This document shows, one piece after another, positions 20,420-31,081 of a DNA stretch of 64,000 nt; position 1 is the first letter of the stretch, and each line of letters opens with the position of its first letter. The notes below the pieces were generated by a model. It ran no database searches, was not told the DNA's origin, and saw nothing but the letters and a program-made list of their open reading frames with translations. The DNA is from an uncultured bacterium (lineage in GTDB: Bacteria; Oederibacteriota; PGYV01; CAWJRG01), in NCBI GenBank assembly GCA_963845185.1, contig CAWJRG010000009.1, forward strand, positions 224,001 through 288,000, read 5' to 3'. The position numbers were made by a program, and so were the translations under genes.

Positions 20420-21277
20420 ATGAAAAATAAATTTTTTTTGAGTGCCTTAATCACCGCATTCATGGCGCTGACGCCAAACATATACTCCTTTTACGAGATG
20501 CCGGATTCAAATACGGTTAAAGAAGGCGGGATAATCAAAATAAAATTAGGGGATGATAAACCTTTAAAAGCCGGGGAAGTGCGTTTTCTCGGGAAAAAAT
20601 ACCCTGTATTTTTCAGGAGCTGGGACAGGAAAGAGGCTTCATACGAATATTTCGCGTTAATACCGGTGCCACTCGGCACGTCGGGCTGGAGAAAGCTTTT
20701 TGTCGGATACAGGGACGCCGATACCGAGGGCGAAAAGCGGGAAATAATAAATATAAGGCAACTTAAACTAAAGACAGTTTACCTTCAGACAGGCATGATA
20801 AATGACACCATGCTGGATGATTTGAGCAAGGAAGGGAAAGAGATTGATATGCTTCAGGAAAAAGTTACCACAGTGAAATTCAGCTTTCCTTTTTTAAAAC
20901 CCATTAAAGGATATGTTACTTCGGACTTTGGTGTGAAAAGGATATACGACAACGGCAAGGCAGGGTGGCCCCACAAAGGCATTGACATAGGCGCCCCTGA
21001 GGGAACCACGGTGGTGGCAGACGCCGATGGCGTGGTGATTGCAGCTTTAACTACCGAAGGGCACGGTAACTTTATAATGATTGACCACGGCGGGGGAGTT
21101 TACACCCTTTACATGCACCTGAAAAATTTGATAGCGAAAAAAGGCGATTTTGTAAAACGCGGGGATGTTGTTGCCACGGTCGGAAATACAGGGCTATCTA
21201 CAGGGCCGCACCTTCACTGGCAGATTAATGTGTTCAGTGTGCCGGTCAACCCGAGGGAATTCCTTGCGGGATTCTGA
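20420..21277 (+). CDS. M23 family metallopeptidase
   Basis: HKGID, YMHL and STGPHLHW motifs; signal peptide. Confidence 0.92.
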   Translation: MKNKFFLSALITAFMALTPNIYSFYEMPDSNTVKEGGIIKIKLGDDKPLKAGEVRFLGKKYPVFFRSWDRKEASYEYFALIPVPLGTSGWRKLFVGYRDADTEGEKREIINIRQLKLKTVYLQTGMINDTMLDDLSKEGKEIDMLQEKVTTVKFSFPFLKPIKGYVTSDFGVKRIYDNGKAGWPHKGIDIGAPEGTTVVADADGVVIAALTTEGHGNFIMIDHGGGVYTLYMHLKNLIAKKGDFVKRGDVVATVGNTGLSTGPHLHWQINVFSVPVNPREFLAGF

Positions 21278-21783
21278 TTAAAGTATTTTTCCCAGTGCTT
21301 GAACTTTTTCTGGGATAAAGACAAAGAATATATTATGAATTTAGGCTCAAAAGGGTGCCTTATCAAGCTCATTCCAGCCTCTTTTAACATCCTGTCTCCC
21401 TTTTTGTTATTGCATTCCGGGCAGGCTGTCACGACATTTACCCATTCGTTTTTGCCTTTTTTTGATTTTGGCACTATATGGTCTATCGTGGGTCTGCTGG
21501 AATAAGTCCCGCAATACTGGCACCTGTGGCCGTCCCTCAAGAAAATAGCTTTTTTAGAAAATTTGGGTTTTGTATATGGTTTCCTGATATAGTAAGTTAT
21601 CTGGATTACAGACGGGATTCTTATCTGGGAATTTACAGTATGGACAATCATGCTGCTTTCTTCGATTGGCAATGCTTTTTTTGAGAATAAGAGTTTCAAC
21701 GCCCTGCGGATATTCAAAACTGCGAGAGGTTCAAAAGTGGTATTGAGCAACAATATGCTGGTGTCTGATCGGTCACCATCCAT
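21214..21783 (-). CDS. HNH endonuclease
   Basis: RDGHRCQYCG, TIDHIVPKSKKG and ACPECNNKKG; AGGAG RBS on the minus strand. Confidence 0.9.
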   Translation of the reverse strand: MDGDRSDTSILLLNTTFEPLAVLNIRRALKLLFSKKALPIEESSMIVHTVNSQIRIPSVIQITYYIRKPYTKPKFSKKAIFLRDGHRCQYCGTYSSRPTIDHIVPKSKKGKNEWVNVVTACPECNNKKGDRMLKEAGMSLIRHPFEPKFIIYSLSLSQKKFKHWEKYFNQNPARNSLGLTGTLNTLICQ

Positions 21784-21948
21784 TTAACTTCTCCTTTCCT
21801 CAAAATTTACGGATATTCTACAAGAAAATAGTTTTGAAATCAAGGATTTTCCATAAATTATTAATATTTAAAGGGGAAAACCGAGTTTTTTTATCCGGAT
21901 GTTTGTGCCCCCAAAAGGAAAATACTTAAAATCATGGCCTAATTAAAA

Positions 21949-21977
21949 TTGACTTTGATAGGGGAAAAGGGTATAAT
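21949..21977 (+). promoter_or_regulatory. Sigma70-type promoter
   Basis: TTGACT-17 nt-TATAAT. Confidence 0.65.
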
Positions 21978-22062
21978 TTAAATATAAGGTCAGGTAAGTT
22001 TTATAAACCGGGTTAGCCGTTATGCGGGCTTTGTGAAAATACTCCATAAACATGGGGGCGGA

Positions 22063-25026
22063 ATGAGAAGAATTTTTAGCATTAATAAGACTGTAAAAAG
22101 AATATTAATATGCATTGCAATCCTCATGGCCGCAGGCCTGGCCATAAATAATAATATTAACGCTGCTGAATATACCATTACCGGTGATGTGTGGGCCGCT
22201 GACGGGACTTCCGGCAATGCTGCGACGGAAAATAGTCTGGCAGGTTTGACAACATTCAGGGTTGGGGACAGCCAGGCAGCTTACCAAATTGAGGGGGAAA
22301 ATTCTAATTGCCCCAATAAAATCTATGGGGCAAGCGGTTCGGAAGTTGCTTATTATTACACTGATGCCGGGTCGCAATGGACGAACAATTCGGTTCAGGC
22401 AGGCCAGACAATAACAGCGATTGTACAGACATACAGCGGCCAGTTTCCCGGCTGTGCCTGGAACGGGAATTCTTATGTAGGAGCTGTGCAGGCAATAGTA
22501 AGCCCCAGCAATATCATCGCAACCCTGACAACCATGCCTCCCATACAACTTCAGCAGATTCCTTCACCTGTGACACAGACCGTAAGCTACAATTTTATAT
22601 CATTGACGTGGACAGGGCTCTCGAATGACCCGAATAACTTAATAACAGGCTACACGGTTTACAGGAGCACGTCAATAGCAGGCACGTACAGCCCGATTTC
22701 GTACACGGCAAATCAGGTAAATGGTGGTACTGTGTCTTTTACAGACTCCGGGGTTTTGCCCGGAAACACGTATTATTATGAAATCGGGGTCAACTATTTG
22801 TGGGATGGCAGTGGCAATACCATAAATTATTATACAAGTTACGCGCTGTCAAATGCAATGTCTGCCACGACGCAAAGCCTGGTAACGTTGACCTTCACAC
22901 CAACACCTACACCTACAATGTCATTAACACCTTCAATAACACAAAACATAATTGAAACAGCAACGCTATCGTCGACACCAACGTTTACCGAAACACAAAC
23001 TCAGGAGGATACGTCTACGGCTACAGTGACGCCGACTTGTACTGCAACTTTAATATCCGGGCAGGCGCCCTGTTTCATCCGCGCATGGGGAACTGGCGGA
23101 ACCGGCAACGGGCAGTTTGAATATCCTGAAGGAATAGCAATAAACAACAGCGGGAACGTGTATGTTGCAGATACAGTTAATGACAGAATTGAGGAGTTCA
23201 GCAGCACGGGAACATATATAACCCAATGGGGCAACCTTGGAACCGGCAATGGGCAATTTAGTGTTCCGTGGGGATTGGCATTAGACAGCAGCGGAAACTT
23301 ATATGTAGAAGAGAGGGATAATAACAGAGTCCAGGAATTCAGCAGTACAGGCGCTTACCTGACGCAATGGGGCATTTTAGGAATCGGCAACGGGCAGTTT
23401 GAATATCCTGAAGGAATAGCATTAGACAGCAGCGGAAACGTATACGTTTCCGACACGAATAATTATAGAATAGAAGAATTCAGCAGTACAGGAACATATA
23501 TAACCCAATGGGGCAACGGACCTGGAACCGGCAACGGGCAGTTTGGAAGCGGGGGCCCTACCGGCATAGCAATAAACAGTAGCGGGGACGTTTATGTTGC
23601 TGATGCAAGCAATGATAGAATTCAAGAATTCAGCAACACAGGCGCATACATAACGCAATGGGGCAGTGCAGGAACCGGCAACGGGCAGTTTTGGATGCCT
23701 GAGGGAGTGGCAGTGGACAGCAATGGAAACATTTATGTTACAGACAGGAGCAATAACAGGATACAGGAATTCAGCAGTACAGAAACATATATAACGCAAT
23801 GGGGCAGTGGAGGAACTGGCAACGGGCAGTTTAATTGGCCTATGGGCATAGCGATAGACATCAGTGGGGACGTGTATGTTGTAGACTATGGTAATGACAG
23901 AATAGAAGAATTCGGCGTATGCGGAAGCCCTACGCCGACATCTACAGTCAATATCAGTTTATTGACAACATCACCTACATCATCGCAGACATTGACGCCG
24001 ACTATGTCATGGACAGTATCACCTGTAGTTACAGTAACGTCAACAAATACATTCTGTTCCTGTAGCCCTACATTTACTTCGACGTATACGGTGACAAAGA
24101 CAAACACAATAACGCCGACATATGCATGCTGGTGTATTGATAGCGCAACAATAACACCTACGTTTACATTGACGTCTACGTATACGGCGACAGGAACAAA
24201 CACTGCAACGTGGACAATGACAGATACGGCAACAAATACGTCGACATACACAAACACTACATCACCGACGCCTACATACACGCAGACAGTGACATACACA
24301 AGCACGGATACGGTGACATACACGGATACAGTGACGCCGACATACACGATAACAATGACATATACAGTAGGGATAATGTCCGCGACGTTCACGCCGACGG
24401 CAACGCCGACATATACAATTACAGACACATTTACCTACACAATAACGCCTACTTCTTCCAATACTGAGGCATTAACTTTTACAACAACACCAACGGTGAC
24501 ATGTACAAATACAGCCACGCTTACCTGCACAACGACACTTACAATAACACCTACTTTTTCCAATACTGCGACTTTGACTTTTACGATAACGCCTACATTT
24601 ACTTATACAGTTACAAGTACTCCTTCGTGGACAACCCAGACTTTCACAGTCACGGCAACTAATACACTGACATTCGCATGGACTCCGACGCCGACGGCTG
24701 TCCCGACCCAATCTGTAGCAAAAATACTTAACCCGATAATTTACCCCAACCCTTATGACCCAGCAGGCAACGGGGATTTATGGATAAAATTGCAGCTTAC
24801 GCAGGGAGTTCAAAATATCAGCCTGAAAATCTACACCGTGGCTTTCAGGCTGGTAAAAGAAGAAACCTGGGATGGTAATTTCCAGGCAGGCGAAATAGAA
24901 GAAGGAATTATGCCGGGTGAAATCAAAAACCTTGCAAACGGCACGTATTTTTTCCTGATAACGGCTGAAACATGGGATGGGAAGACAATAAAAGGCAAGC
25001 CAGAAACGATTATTATATTAAGGTAA
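22063..25026 (+). CDS. Large secreted protein: FN3-like domain, 6 NHL repeats, long Thr-rich linker, C-terminal YPNP sorting-like domain
   Basis: Signal peptide; ISLTW...GYTVYRS...YYY FN3 pattern; 47-aa NHL repeats; TPT tracts; IIYPNPY...LANGTYFF tail; ATG at 22063 (track start 22033). Confidence 0.85.
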   Translation: MRRIFSINKTVKRILICIAILMAAGLAINNNINAAEYTITGDVWAADGTSGNAATENSLAGLTTFRVGDSQAAYQIEGENSNCPNKIYGASGSEVAYYYTDAGSQWTNNSVQAGQTITAIVQTYSGQFPGCAWNGNSYVGAVQAIVSPSNIIATLTTMPPIQLQQIPSPVTQTVSYNFISLTWTGLSNDPNNLITGYTVYRSTSIAGTYSPISYTANQVNGGTVSFTDSGVLPGNTYYYEIGVNYLWDGSGNTINYYTSYALSNAMSATTQSLVTLTFTPTPTPTMSLTPSITQNIIETATLSSTPTFTETQTQEDTSTATVTPTCTATLISGQAPCFIRAWGTGGTGNGQFEYPEGIAINNSGNVYVADTVNDRIEEFSSTGTYITQWGNLGTGNGQFSVPWGLALDSSGNLYVEERDNNRVQEFSSTGAYLTQWGILGIGNGQFEYPEGIALDSSGNVYVSDTNNYRIEEFSSTGTYITQWGNGPGTGNGQFGSGGPTGIAINSSGDVYVADASNDRIQEFSNTGAYITQWGSAGTGNGQFWMPEGVAVDSNGNIYVTDRSNNRIQEFSSTETYITQWGSGGTGNGQFNWPMGIAIDISGDVYVVDYGNDRIEEFGVCGSPTPTSTVNISLLTTSPTSSQTLTPTMSWTVSPVVTVTSTNTFCSCSPTFTSTYTVTKTNTITPTYACWCIDSATITPTFTLTSTYTATGTNTATWTMTDTATNTSTYTNTTSPTPTYTQTVTYTSTDTVTYTDTVTPTYTITMTYTVGIMSATFTPTATPTYTITDTFTYTITPTSSNTEALTFTTTPTVTCTNTATLTCTTTLTITPTFSNTATLTFTITPTFTYTVTSTPSWTTQTFTVTATNTLTFAWTPTPTAVPTQSVAKILNPIIYPNPYDPAGNGDLWIKLQLTQGVQNISLKIYTVAFRLVKEETWDGNFQAGEIEEGIMPGEIKNLANGTYFFLITAETWDGKTIKGKPETIIILR
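23086..23915 (+). repeat. Six intragenic NHL repeats (141-bp period, one 150-bp unit)
   Basis: TGG codons of WG..G.GNGQF at 23086, 23227, 23368, 23509, 23659 and 23800. Confidence 0.9.
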
Positions 25027-25093
25027 AACCTGCATTTTAACCGACCTTTTTGAACTCATTTTAATACCAAAATGACAATTTTTATGTTTTTTG

Positions 25094-25123
25094 TTGACTA
25101 TTTATATTCGCAAAGCGTATAAT
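25094..25123 (+). promoter_or_regulatory. Sigma70-type promoter
   Basis: TTGACT-18 nt-TATAAT. Confidence 0.55.
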
Positions 25124-25176
25124 TCCCCCTGATCTAAAAATTTCCCTATACAGGGATGAAATTCGAGGTGGCGTCA

Positions 25177-25731
25177 ATGGAAAAAAATATAAAGCAGGTC
25201 GCGACGCGGATCAAGGCGCTGCGGGAGATTGAAGGGGAGTCTGTCGAGGCCCTGGCAAAAGCATTCAAGATTTCAAAAGCCGAGTACGAGAGCTATGAAA
25301 GCGGCAAAGCCGACATACCGATCAGTTTTCTGTATGAATTCTCAAACCGCTTCAGTGTGGAGCTTACCGCGCTTCTGACAGGCGAAGAGCCTCATATGCA
25401 GGCATACAGCCTTGTGCGTAAGGGCAAAGGGCCGAAAGTAGAGCGCAGCAAGGAATACAGGCACCAGGACCTTGCTTATAACTTTAAACACAAGAAACTG
25501 GAGGTGTTTGAGGTGACAGTTGACCCTAAAAAAGGCAATAAACCCAGTCATTTTAACACGCACCCGGGGCAGGAATTCAATTACTGCCTGAAAGGAAAGC
25601 TCAAAATATTTATCGGAAAAAATGAAATGATATTAAACCCGGGAGATTCGCTTTATTTTGATTCGGGCATAGAACACGCTATGGCAGCGCTGGGCAATAA
25701 GCCGGCTAAATTCATAGCAGTTATATCATAG
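25177..25731 (+). CDS. XRE-family HTH regulator with cupin domain
   Basis: RIKALRE...YESG HTH; HPGQEF...LNPGDSLYFDS..EH cupin; ATG at 25177 after GAGG. Confidence 0.9.
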   Translation: MEKNIKQVATRIKALREIEGESVEALAKAFKISKAEYESYESGKADIPISFLYEFSNRFSVELTALLTGEEPHMQAYSLVRKGKGPKVERSKEYRHQDLAYNFKHKKLEVFEVTVDPKKGNKPSHFNTHPGQEFNYCLKGKLKIFIGKNEMILNPGDSLYFDSGIEHAMAALGNKPAKFIAVIS

Positions 25732-25743
25732 GGAGGGTGGACA

Positions 25744-27429
25744 ATGGCAGACAACAATAACCCGCAGGGAAAATCACTACTGGATATTTACGCTCCTGAA
25801 GAATTTTCATCATACGAAGATTTTATAAAAAGATTTAAGATCAACGTGCCGGGTAATTTTAACTTTGGCTTTGACGTAGTCGACGAAATGGCAAAAAGGG
25901 CGCCAGAGTAGAAGGCCCTTGTCTGGCGCGACGAAAAAGGCGCAAGCGCGGAATTTACATTCGGCGAAATGAAGAAACTCAGCGACAAGGCGGCAAACGC
26001 ACTTAAGAAGATAGGCATAAAAAAAGGCGATGTTGTAATGCTCATATTAAAGCGCAGGTACGAGTTCTGGTACATATCGACGGCGCTGCACAAGATAGGC
26101 GCAGCATGCATACCGGCGACGCACCTGCTTACGGTAAAGGACCTGAAATACCGTAACAATGCGGCAGGCATAAAAATGATAATAAGCGTGAGCGATAAAA
26201 AAGTAATGGATTTTATTGACGAGTCGCAGAAAGATTCGCCGACGCTAAAGCTCAAGGCGTGCATATGCGAGGACAGGCCGGGCTGGATAAACATGACAAA
26301 AGAGATAGAAGCAGCAAGCGAGGATTTCCCGAGGCCAAAAGGGAAAGAAGCCACCAAGAACGAGGATATATTCCTGCTTTATTTCACATCCGGAACCACG
26401 GGCATGCCGAAGATGGTAAGGCATAATTTCACATACCCGCTGGGGCATATACCGACGGCAAAGTACTGGCAGTGCGTGCAGCCAGGCGGACTGCATTTTA
26501 CAGTGGCTGACACGGGCTGGGCAAAAGCGGCATGGGGCAAGATTTACGGCCAGTGGATATGCGGGACCGCAGTAATGGTTTACGATTACGACAGGTTTGT
26601 TCCGAAAGATATGTGCAACATAATAGCAAGCTGCGGGGTGACGACTTTCTGCGCGCCGCCCACGATATTCCGGTACCTGATAAAAGAAGACCTGAGCCAG
26701 TATGACTGGAGCAGGCTGAAATACTGCGTCACGGCAGGCGAGCCGCTGAACCCGGAGGTATATACCCAGTTTTTAAAACTTACAGGGCACAGGCTAATGG
26801 AAGGTTTTGGCCAGACTGAATGCACGGTCGCGATAGCAACATACCCGTGGATCGAGCCAAAGCCTGGCTCAATGGGAAAGCCGACGTCGGGATATGACAT
26901 GGACCTTTTTGATGAAAATGGCAAGCCCTGCGAAACAGGCGAGGAAGGCCAGATAGTAATAAAGACAGACAAGCGCATGCCTGTAGGCATGTTTGACGGA
27001 TACTACAAGGACGAGGCGCTGACGAACAAGATGTGGCATGACGGGGCCTATTACACCGGAGACGTGGCTTTCCGGGACCAGGACGGTTATTACTGGTTCG
27101 TGGGCAGGGCAGACGACTGCTTTAAGAGCTCAGGTTACCGCATAGGGCCTTTTGAAATAGAAAGCGCGTTGCTGGAGCACCCGGCCGTGCTTGAGTGCGC
27201 GGTCACAGGAGTACCAGACCCTGACCGGGGCCTGGCAGTCAAGGCAACCGTGGTGCTTACGAAAAACTACACGGCGTCAGACGCGCTTGTAAAAGAGCTG
27301 CAGGAACACGTGAAAAAAGTTACTGCGCCGTACAAATACCCGCGAATAATTGAATTTGTAAATGAACTCCCGAAAACCATAAGCGGGAAAATAAGGAGAG
27401 TAGAAATCAGAAGGGGAAAATCAGAATAG
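25744..27429 (+). pseudogene. Acyl-CoA synthetase (AMP-binding), interrupted by an in-frame TAG at 25909-25911
   Basis: ATG at 25744 with GGGAGG RBS is in frame with ORF 25969; VPGNFNFGFDVVD...[23 protein letters not shown] and GRADD motifs. Confidence 0.85.
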
Positions 27430-27595
27430 AGCGGAAATATAGATAAAAAATACATATTTAATACAGCGATTTTTCGAGACTAACAGGAAAAAGATGGACA
27501 AAACTGACAAATATAGGGTAAAATGCTTTAGAATATTGAAGAATAGATACAGTAATTAGAAATTTTATTTTTCAAGATATAAAGGAGGTTGCAAA

Positions 27596-28405
27596 ATGCG
27601 AAAAAAAATACCTGTTATAATTTGCGGGCTTGTTCTGATGATATTTTGTTTTTCAGTTTTAAAAGCAGGTTCACATGTAATATTTTCGGATGAAGCAACT
27701 CCCGCGCCGTCAGCGGAGCCTATTTTTAATATCAGTGTTTCAGGCGGTTATACATACGCTTCTATGGCAAAAGTAAATAGTGTACTGCAAAATGACCAGA
27801 ATGCCGCGAATGGCGGCATTTTAAATACGGGGAGTAATGCTTTTTATGTAGCCCTGGATATAAACTTTCCGGTATTTAATGGTATCAAAATAGGCCCGAG
27901 GATAGAATATATAAATGTTTTTGAGGGTAACTATAAAGATGTAAATACAACCTGGGGAGTAAACGATTGGGATGATTTTGGTGCGTCAATGATTCCTATA
28001 TATCTGGGGATAAGTTATTCCTATGGTTTTGGCGATACCCCGCTTTCAGTCGCCGGCGGAATATATGGAGGGTGCGGCTTTGCAAACGGTTATAGGAATA
28101 TAAATGTCACTTTGTTGAATGTTAATTTGGCATCGGGTGATATACCTCTTTACGGCTCGGCTTTTGCGGGGGAAATACTTTTAAGCGGCGATTATAATTT
28201 TTCAAAAAACATTTCGCTGAGCCTTAATTTCGGATACAGGCTTGCAGATGTTTCACAGATGCAAGCATCAAACAGCGTATATATCAGTAATAAAATTACT
28301 ATAAATAAGGGAGAGACACTAAAGGTTAATCTCAATAGCGGTGATAATATATCATTTGATTACAGCGGCGTGCTGGCGGGTTTGTCTTTACGGTTCGGTT
28401 TTTAA
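27596..28405 (+). CDS. Probable outer-membrane beta-barrel protein
   Basis: Signal peptide, alternating amphipathic strands, C-terminal LSLRFGF aromatic beta-signal. Confidence 0.7.
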   Translation: MRKKIPVIICGLVLMIFCFSVLKAGSHVIFSDEATPAPSAEPIFNISVSGGYTYASMAKVNSVLQNDQNAANGGILNTGSNAFYVALDINFPVFNGIKIGPRIEYINVFEGNYKDVNTTWGVNDWDDFGASMIPIYLGISYSYGFGDTPLSVAGGIYGGCGFANGYRNINVTLLNVNLASGDIPLYGSAFAGEILLSGDYNFSKNISLSLNFGYRLADVSQMQASNSVYISNKITINKGETLKVNLNSGDNISFDYSGVLAGLSLRFGF

Positions 28406-28535
28406 ATCAATAAAAACCATATAATTTTAAAGAATTTTCAGAATTATCTTTTCGCGTATAACCTCTTTGATTGCGCCATAATGGTTAAACAAAAAAAGGA
28501 ATAATTTGAATTTACAATTTACAGGAGGAACAAAG

Positions 28536-29990
28536 ATGAAGAAACGTATAATTATTATCATGGCGGTTTTTATAATGGCAGCGGCTGTACGCGCCGCGGA
28601 TAAAGACAGCTATGAAGCCCTAAAGCCATTGATGGAAGTTTATTCAATAATCCAGGACGCTTACGTGGACGAGGACAAGACGAATCCAAAAGACCTTGTA
28701 AACGGGGCAATGAAGGGCATGGTGGAAAAACTTGACCCGTTTTCGCAGTACCTTGACCAGCAGGCGTATAAAGACATGCAGCAGGATACAAAAGGGGAAT
28801 TTGGAGGACTGGGCATTGAAATATCTGTCAAAGACGGGCAGCTTCTGGTGGTTGCGCCGATAGAAGACACGCCTGCCTATAAAATAGGGATAAAAGCCGG
28901 GGATAAGATTATAAAAATAGAAGGAGACTCGACTGAAGGCATAGAAGTAATGGATGCCGTGCACAAGCTAAGGGGCACTCCCGGTACGAAAGTGACCATT
29001 ACAATACTGCGCGGCCTGGACCCGACCCCGAAAGATATAACAATCACAAGAGAGATTATCCATGTCGAAACCGTAAGATACAGCATGATCGGCGATGATG
29101 TGGGATATTTGAGAATCAATGAATTCATGGGTGACGGCTCAGTTGCAGTAGCCAAGGCGCTTGATACTTTTAACAAGCATGACATCAAGAAACTCATTAT
29201 CGATTTGAGGGATAATCCCGGAGGATTGCTTGACGAAGCAGTAAAAATTGCCGGTTATTTTTTGCCAAAGGACACTCTTGTGGTTTACACGGAAGGGCGG
29301 GTAAAAGACAAGGGCCTGAAATTCAAATCAGACTCGCCCGAGCTTTACACGGGCAAAATAGTCGTTCTGATAGACAGGGGGTCTGCTTCGGCATCCGAAA
29401 TTTTATCAGGCGCGCTGCAGGACTGGAACAGGGCTGTTATTGTCGGAACAAAATCATTCGGAAAAGGTTCGGTGCAGACAATAATACCGCTCTCGGATAA
29501 TTCCGCCATAAGGCTTACAACCGCGCAGTACATGACGCCAAAAGGCAGGAAAATCCACGGGGTCGGCATAGAGCCCGACATTACCCTGGAGGAGCAGACG
29601 GCGTCGAGTTTTACCTTATCCCTGTTTGAAAAAAATTATTTTGAGGAATTTGCGGGCAGGTATTTAAAAGAGCATCCCGAGGGGCTGGTTAAGGAAGAAA
29701 AAACAGAATCCAAAAAAGTATCGGAATCGGACATAAAGGTTTTATTCAAAAAAAGCGCGGACGACAAACTTTTTGACGATTTTAAGGAAATGCTGGAAGG
29801 CAAAAACGTGGAGATAAAAACGCCAGAGTTCCTCGCCGACAGGGACATAATACTTAAGCAGATAAAAATAGAGATTGCCAGGAAACAAAAGGGCAGCGGG
29901 GAAGCAAGGCGCGTAGAGATAGAAAACGACCAGCAGGTAAAAAGGGCTATAGATATATTGAATACGATGAATAAACTGTCGGCTAAATAA
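28536..29990 (+). CDS. ctpA: S41 carboxyl-terminal processing protease
   Basis: FGGLGIEI PDZ entry, DLRDNPGG, SASASEI and FGKGSVQ; ATG at 28536 after AGGAGG. Confidence 0.92.
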   Translation: MKKRIIIIMAVFIMAAAVRAADKDSYEALKPLMEVYSIIQDAYVDEDKTNPKDLVNGAMKGMVEKLDPFSQYLDQQAYKDMQQDTKGEFGGLGIEISVKDGQLLVVAPIEDTPAYKIGIKAGDKIIKIEGDSTEGIEVMDAVHKLRGTPGTKVTITILRGLDPTPKDITITREIIHVETVRYSMIGDDVGYLRINEFMGDGSVAVAKALDTFNKHDIKKLIIDLRDNPGGLLDEAVKIAGYFLPKDTLVVYTEGRVKDKGLKFKSDSPELYTGKIVVLIDRGSASASEILSGALQDWNRAVIVGTKSFGKGSVQTIIPLSDNSAIRLTTAQYMTPKGRKIHGVGIEPDITLEEQTASSFTLSLFEKNYFEEFAGRYLKEHPEGLVKEEKTESKKVSESDIKVLFKKSADDKLFDDFKEMLEGKNVEIKTPEFLADRDIILKQIKIEIARKQKGSGEARRVEIENDQQVKRAIDILNTMNKLSAK

Positions 29991-29994
29991 TTAC

Positions 29995-31071
29995 ATGAAA
30001 AAGAAGGACTTAAGCCCGTATATCTCAGCAACAGCGCTTGTTTTAATTATTTGCCTTATTTTTATGCTGTATAACAAGTTCTTCCGCATAAAGCCGCCCG
30101 AGGAAATAACCGCTATAAATTCCGAAATTGAAAGAATACTTTTAAAGGAAATACTGATAGACCCTTTGCTTGTCGTATCCAAAAACACCTCTAAAAATGA
30201 GGGGTTTTTCAGTTTTGAAAGGATGCAGTATGAGGTGAGGCTACCTTACAGGTACAAAAAAGAGGATTTGAAAAATATTTTTTCCGGTTTCGCAGCAAAG
30301 CACGGGATGAACATAGTTTTGAAAGAGGAAAATAACAACGGCATAAAAAAAACCCATGTTTTATTTAAATTCAGCGGGACCATAATTGCCGCAATTGATT
30401 TTATATCGGACGACAAGCCTAAAATAGCAATAATTCTCGATGACTGGGGATATAATGACAACGACATGGGTTATCTTGAAAAAATAAAAGCGCCGTTGAG
30501 CATCGCGATTTTCCCGGAACTTAAATATACAAAGGTTATAGCGGAATTTGCAAACAAGGAAAGCAAAGAGGTGATACTGCACCTGCCGCTCCAGCCCAAA
30601 AGGAACATGCCGCTTGTAAAAGGAACGATAAAAGCCAACATGAGCGCAGGCGAAATACAATATACGATGGACAAGGAAATCCAGTCATTGCCTTTTGTCC
30701 GCGGGGTAAATAACCACGAGGGCTCGCTTGTCACTGAAAAAGAAAGCGCAATGCAAAAAATAATCGCAGTTTTAAAGGAGAAAAATTTGTTTTTTATAGA
30801 CAGCGTCACGACCGGGAAATCAGTTGCTGCGAAAGTCGCGGCAGACGCAGGCGTGAAGGTTAATAAAAGGGATATTTTTCTTGATAATGAAACAAATGCT
30901 TCGTATATACAGGGACAGCTTGACCAGGCAAAGGCACTGGCCAAATCAAGAGGATACGCCATAGCAATAGGCCATGACAAGCCTGCAACCCTGAAGGTAC
31001 TTCTGGACAACATTCCACTGCTTGAGCAGCAGGGTTTTGAGTTCGTTTACGCGGCAGAGGTCGTTTATTAA
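29995..31071 (+). CDS. Divergent polysaccharide deacetylase family protein
   Basis: IAIILDDWG, HLPLQP, NNHEGS, FIDSVT, RDIFLD and AIAIGH motifs. Confidence 0.9.
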   Translation: MKKKDLSPYISATALVLIICLIFMLYNKFFRIKPPEEITAINSEIERILLKEILIDPLLVVSKNTSKNEGFFSFERMQYEVRLPYRYKKEDLKNIFSGFAAKHGMNIVLKEENNNGIKKTHVLFKFSGTIIAAIDFISDDKPKIAIILDDWGYNDNDMGYLEKIKAPLSIAIFPELKYTKVIAEFANKESKEVILHLPLQPKRNMPLVKGTIKANMSAGEIQYTMDKEIQSLPFVRGVNNHEGSLVTEKESAMQKIIAVLKEKNLFFIDSVTTGKSVAAKVAADAGVKVNKRDIFLDNETNASYIQGQLDQAKALAKSRGYAIAIGHDKPATLKVLLDNIPLLEQQGFEFVYAAEVVY

Positions 31072-31081
31072 AGGGGGATGC

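Noticed and set aside
23086..23915. Regularly spaced DNA repeats resembling a CRISPR array
   Set aside because: In-frame 141-bp NHL coding repeats with no unique spacers, and no cas genes in the window
23886..24428. Val-rich 180-aa minus-strand ORF
   Set aside because: Antisense image of the Thr-rich linker codons
25909..25911. Genome-wide TAG reassignment
   Set aside because: TAG ends several complete genes here (pyrK, XRE-cupin, fliP)
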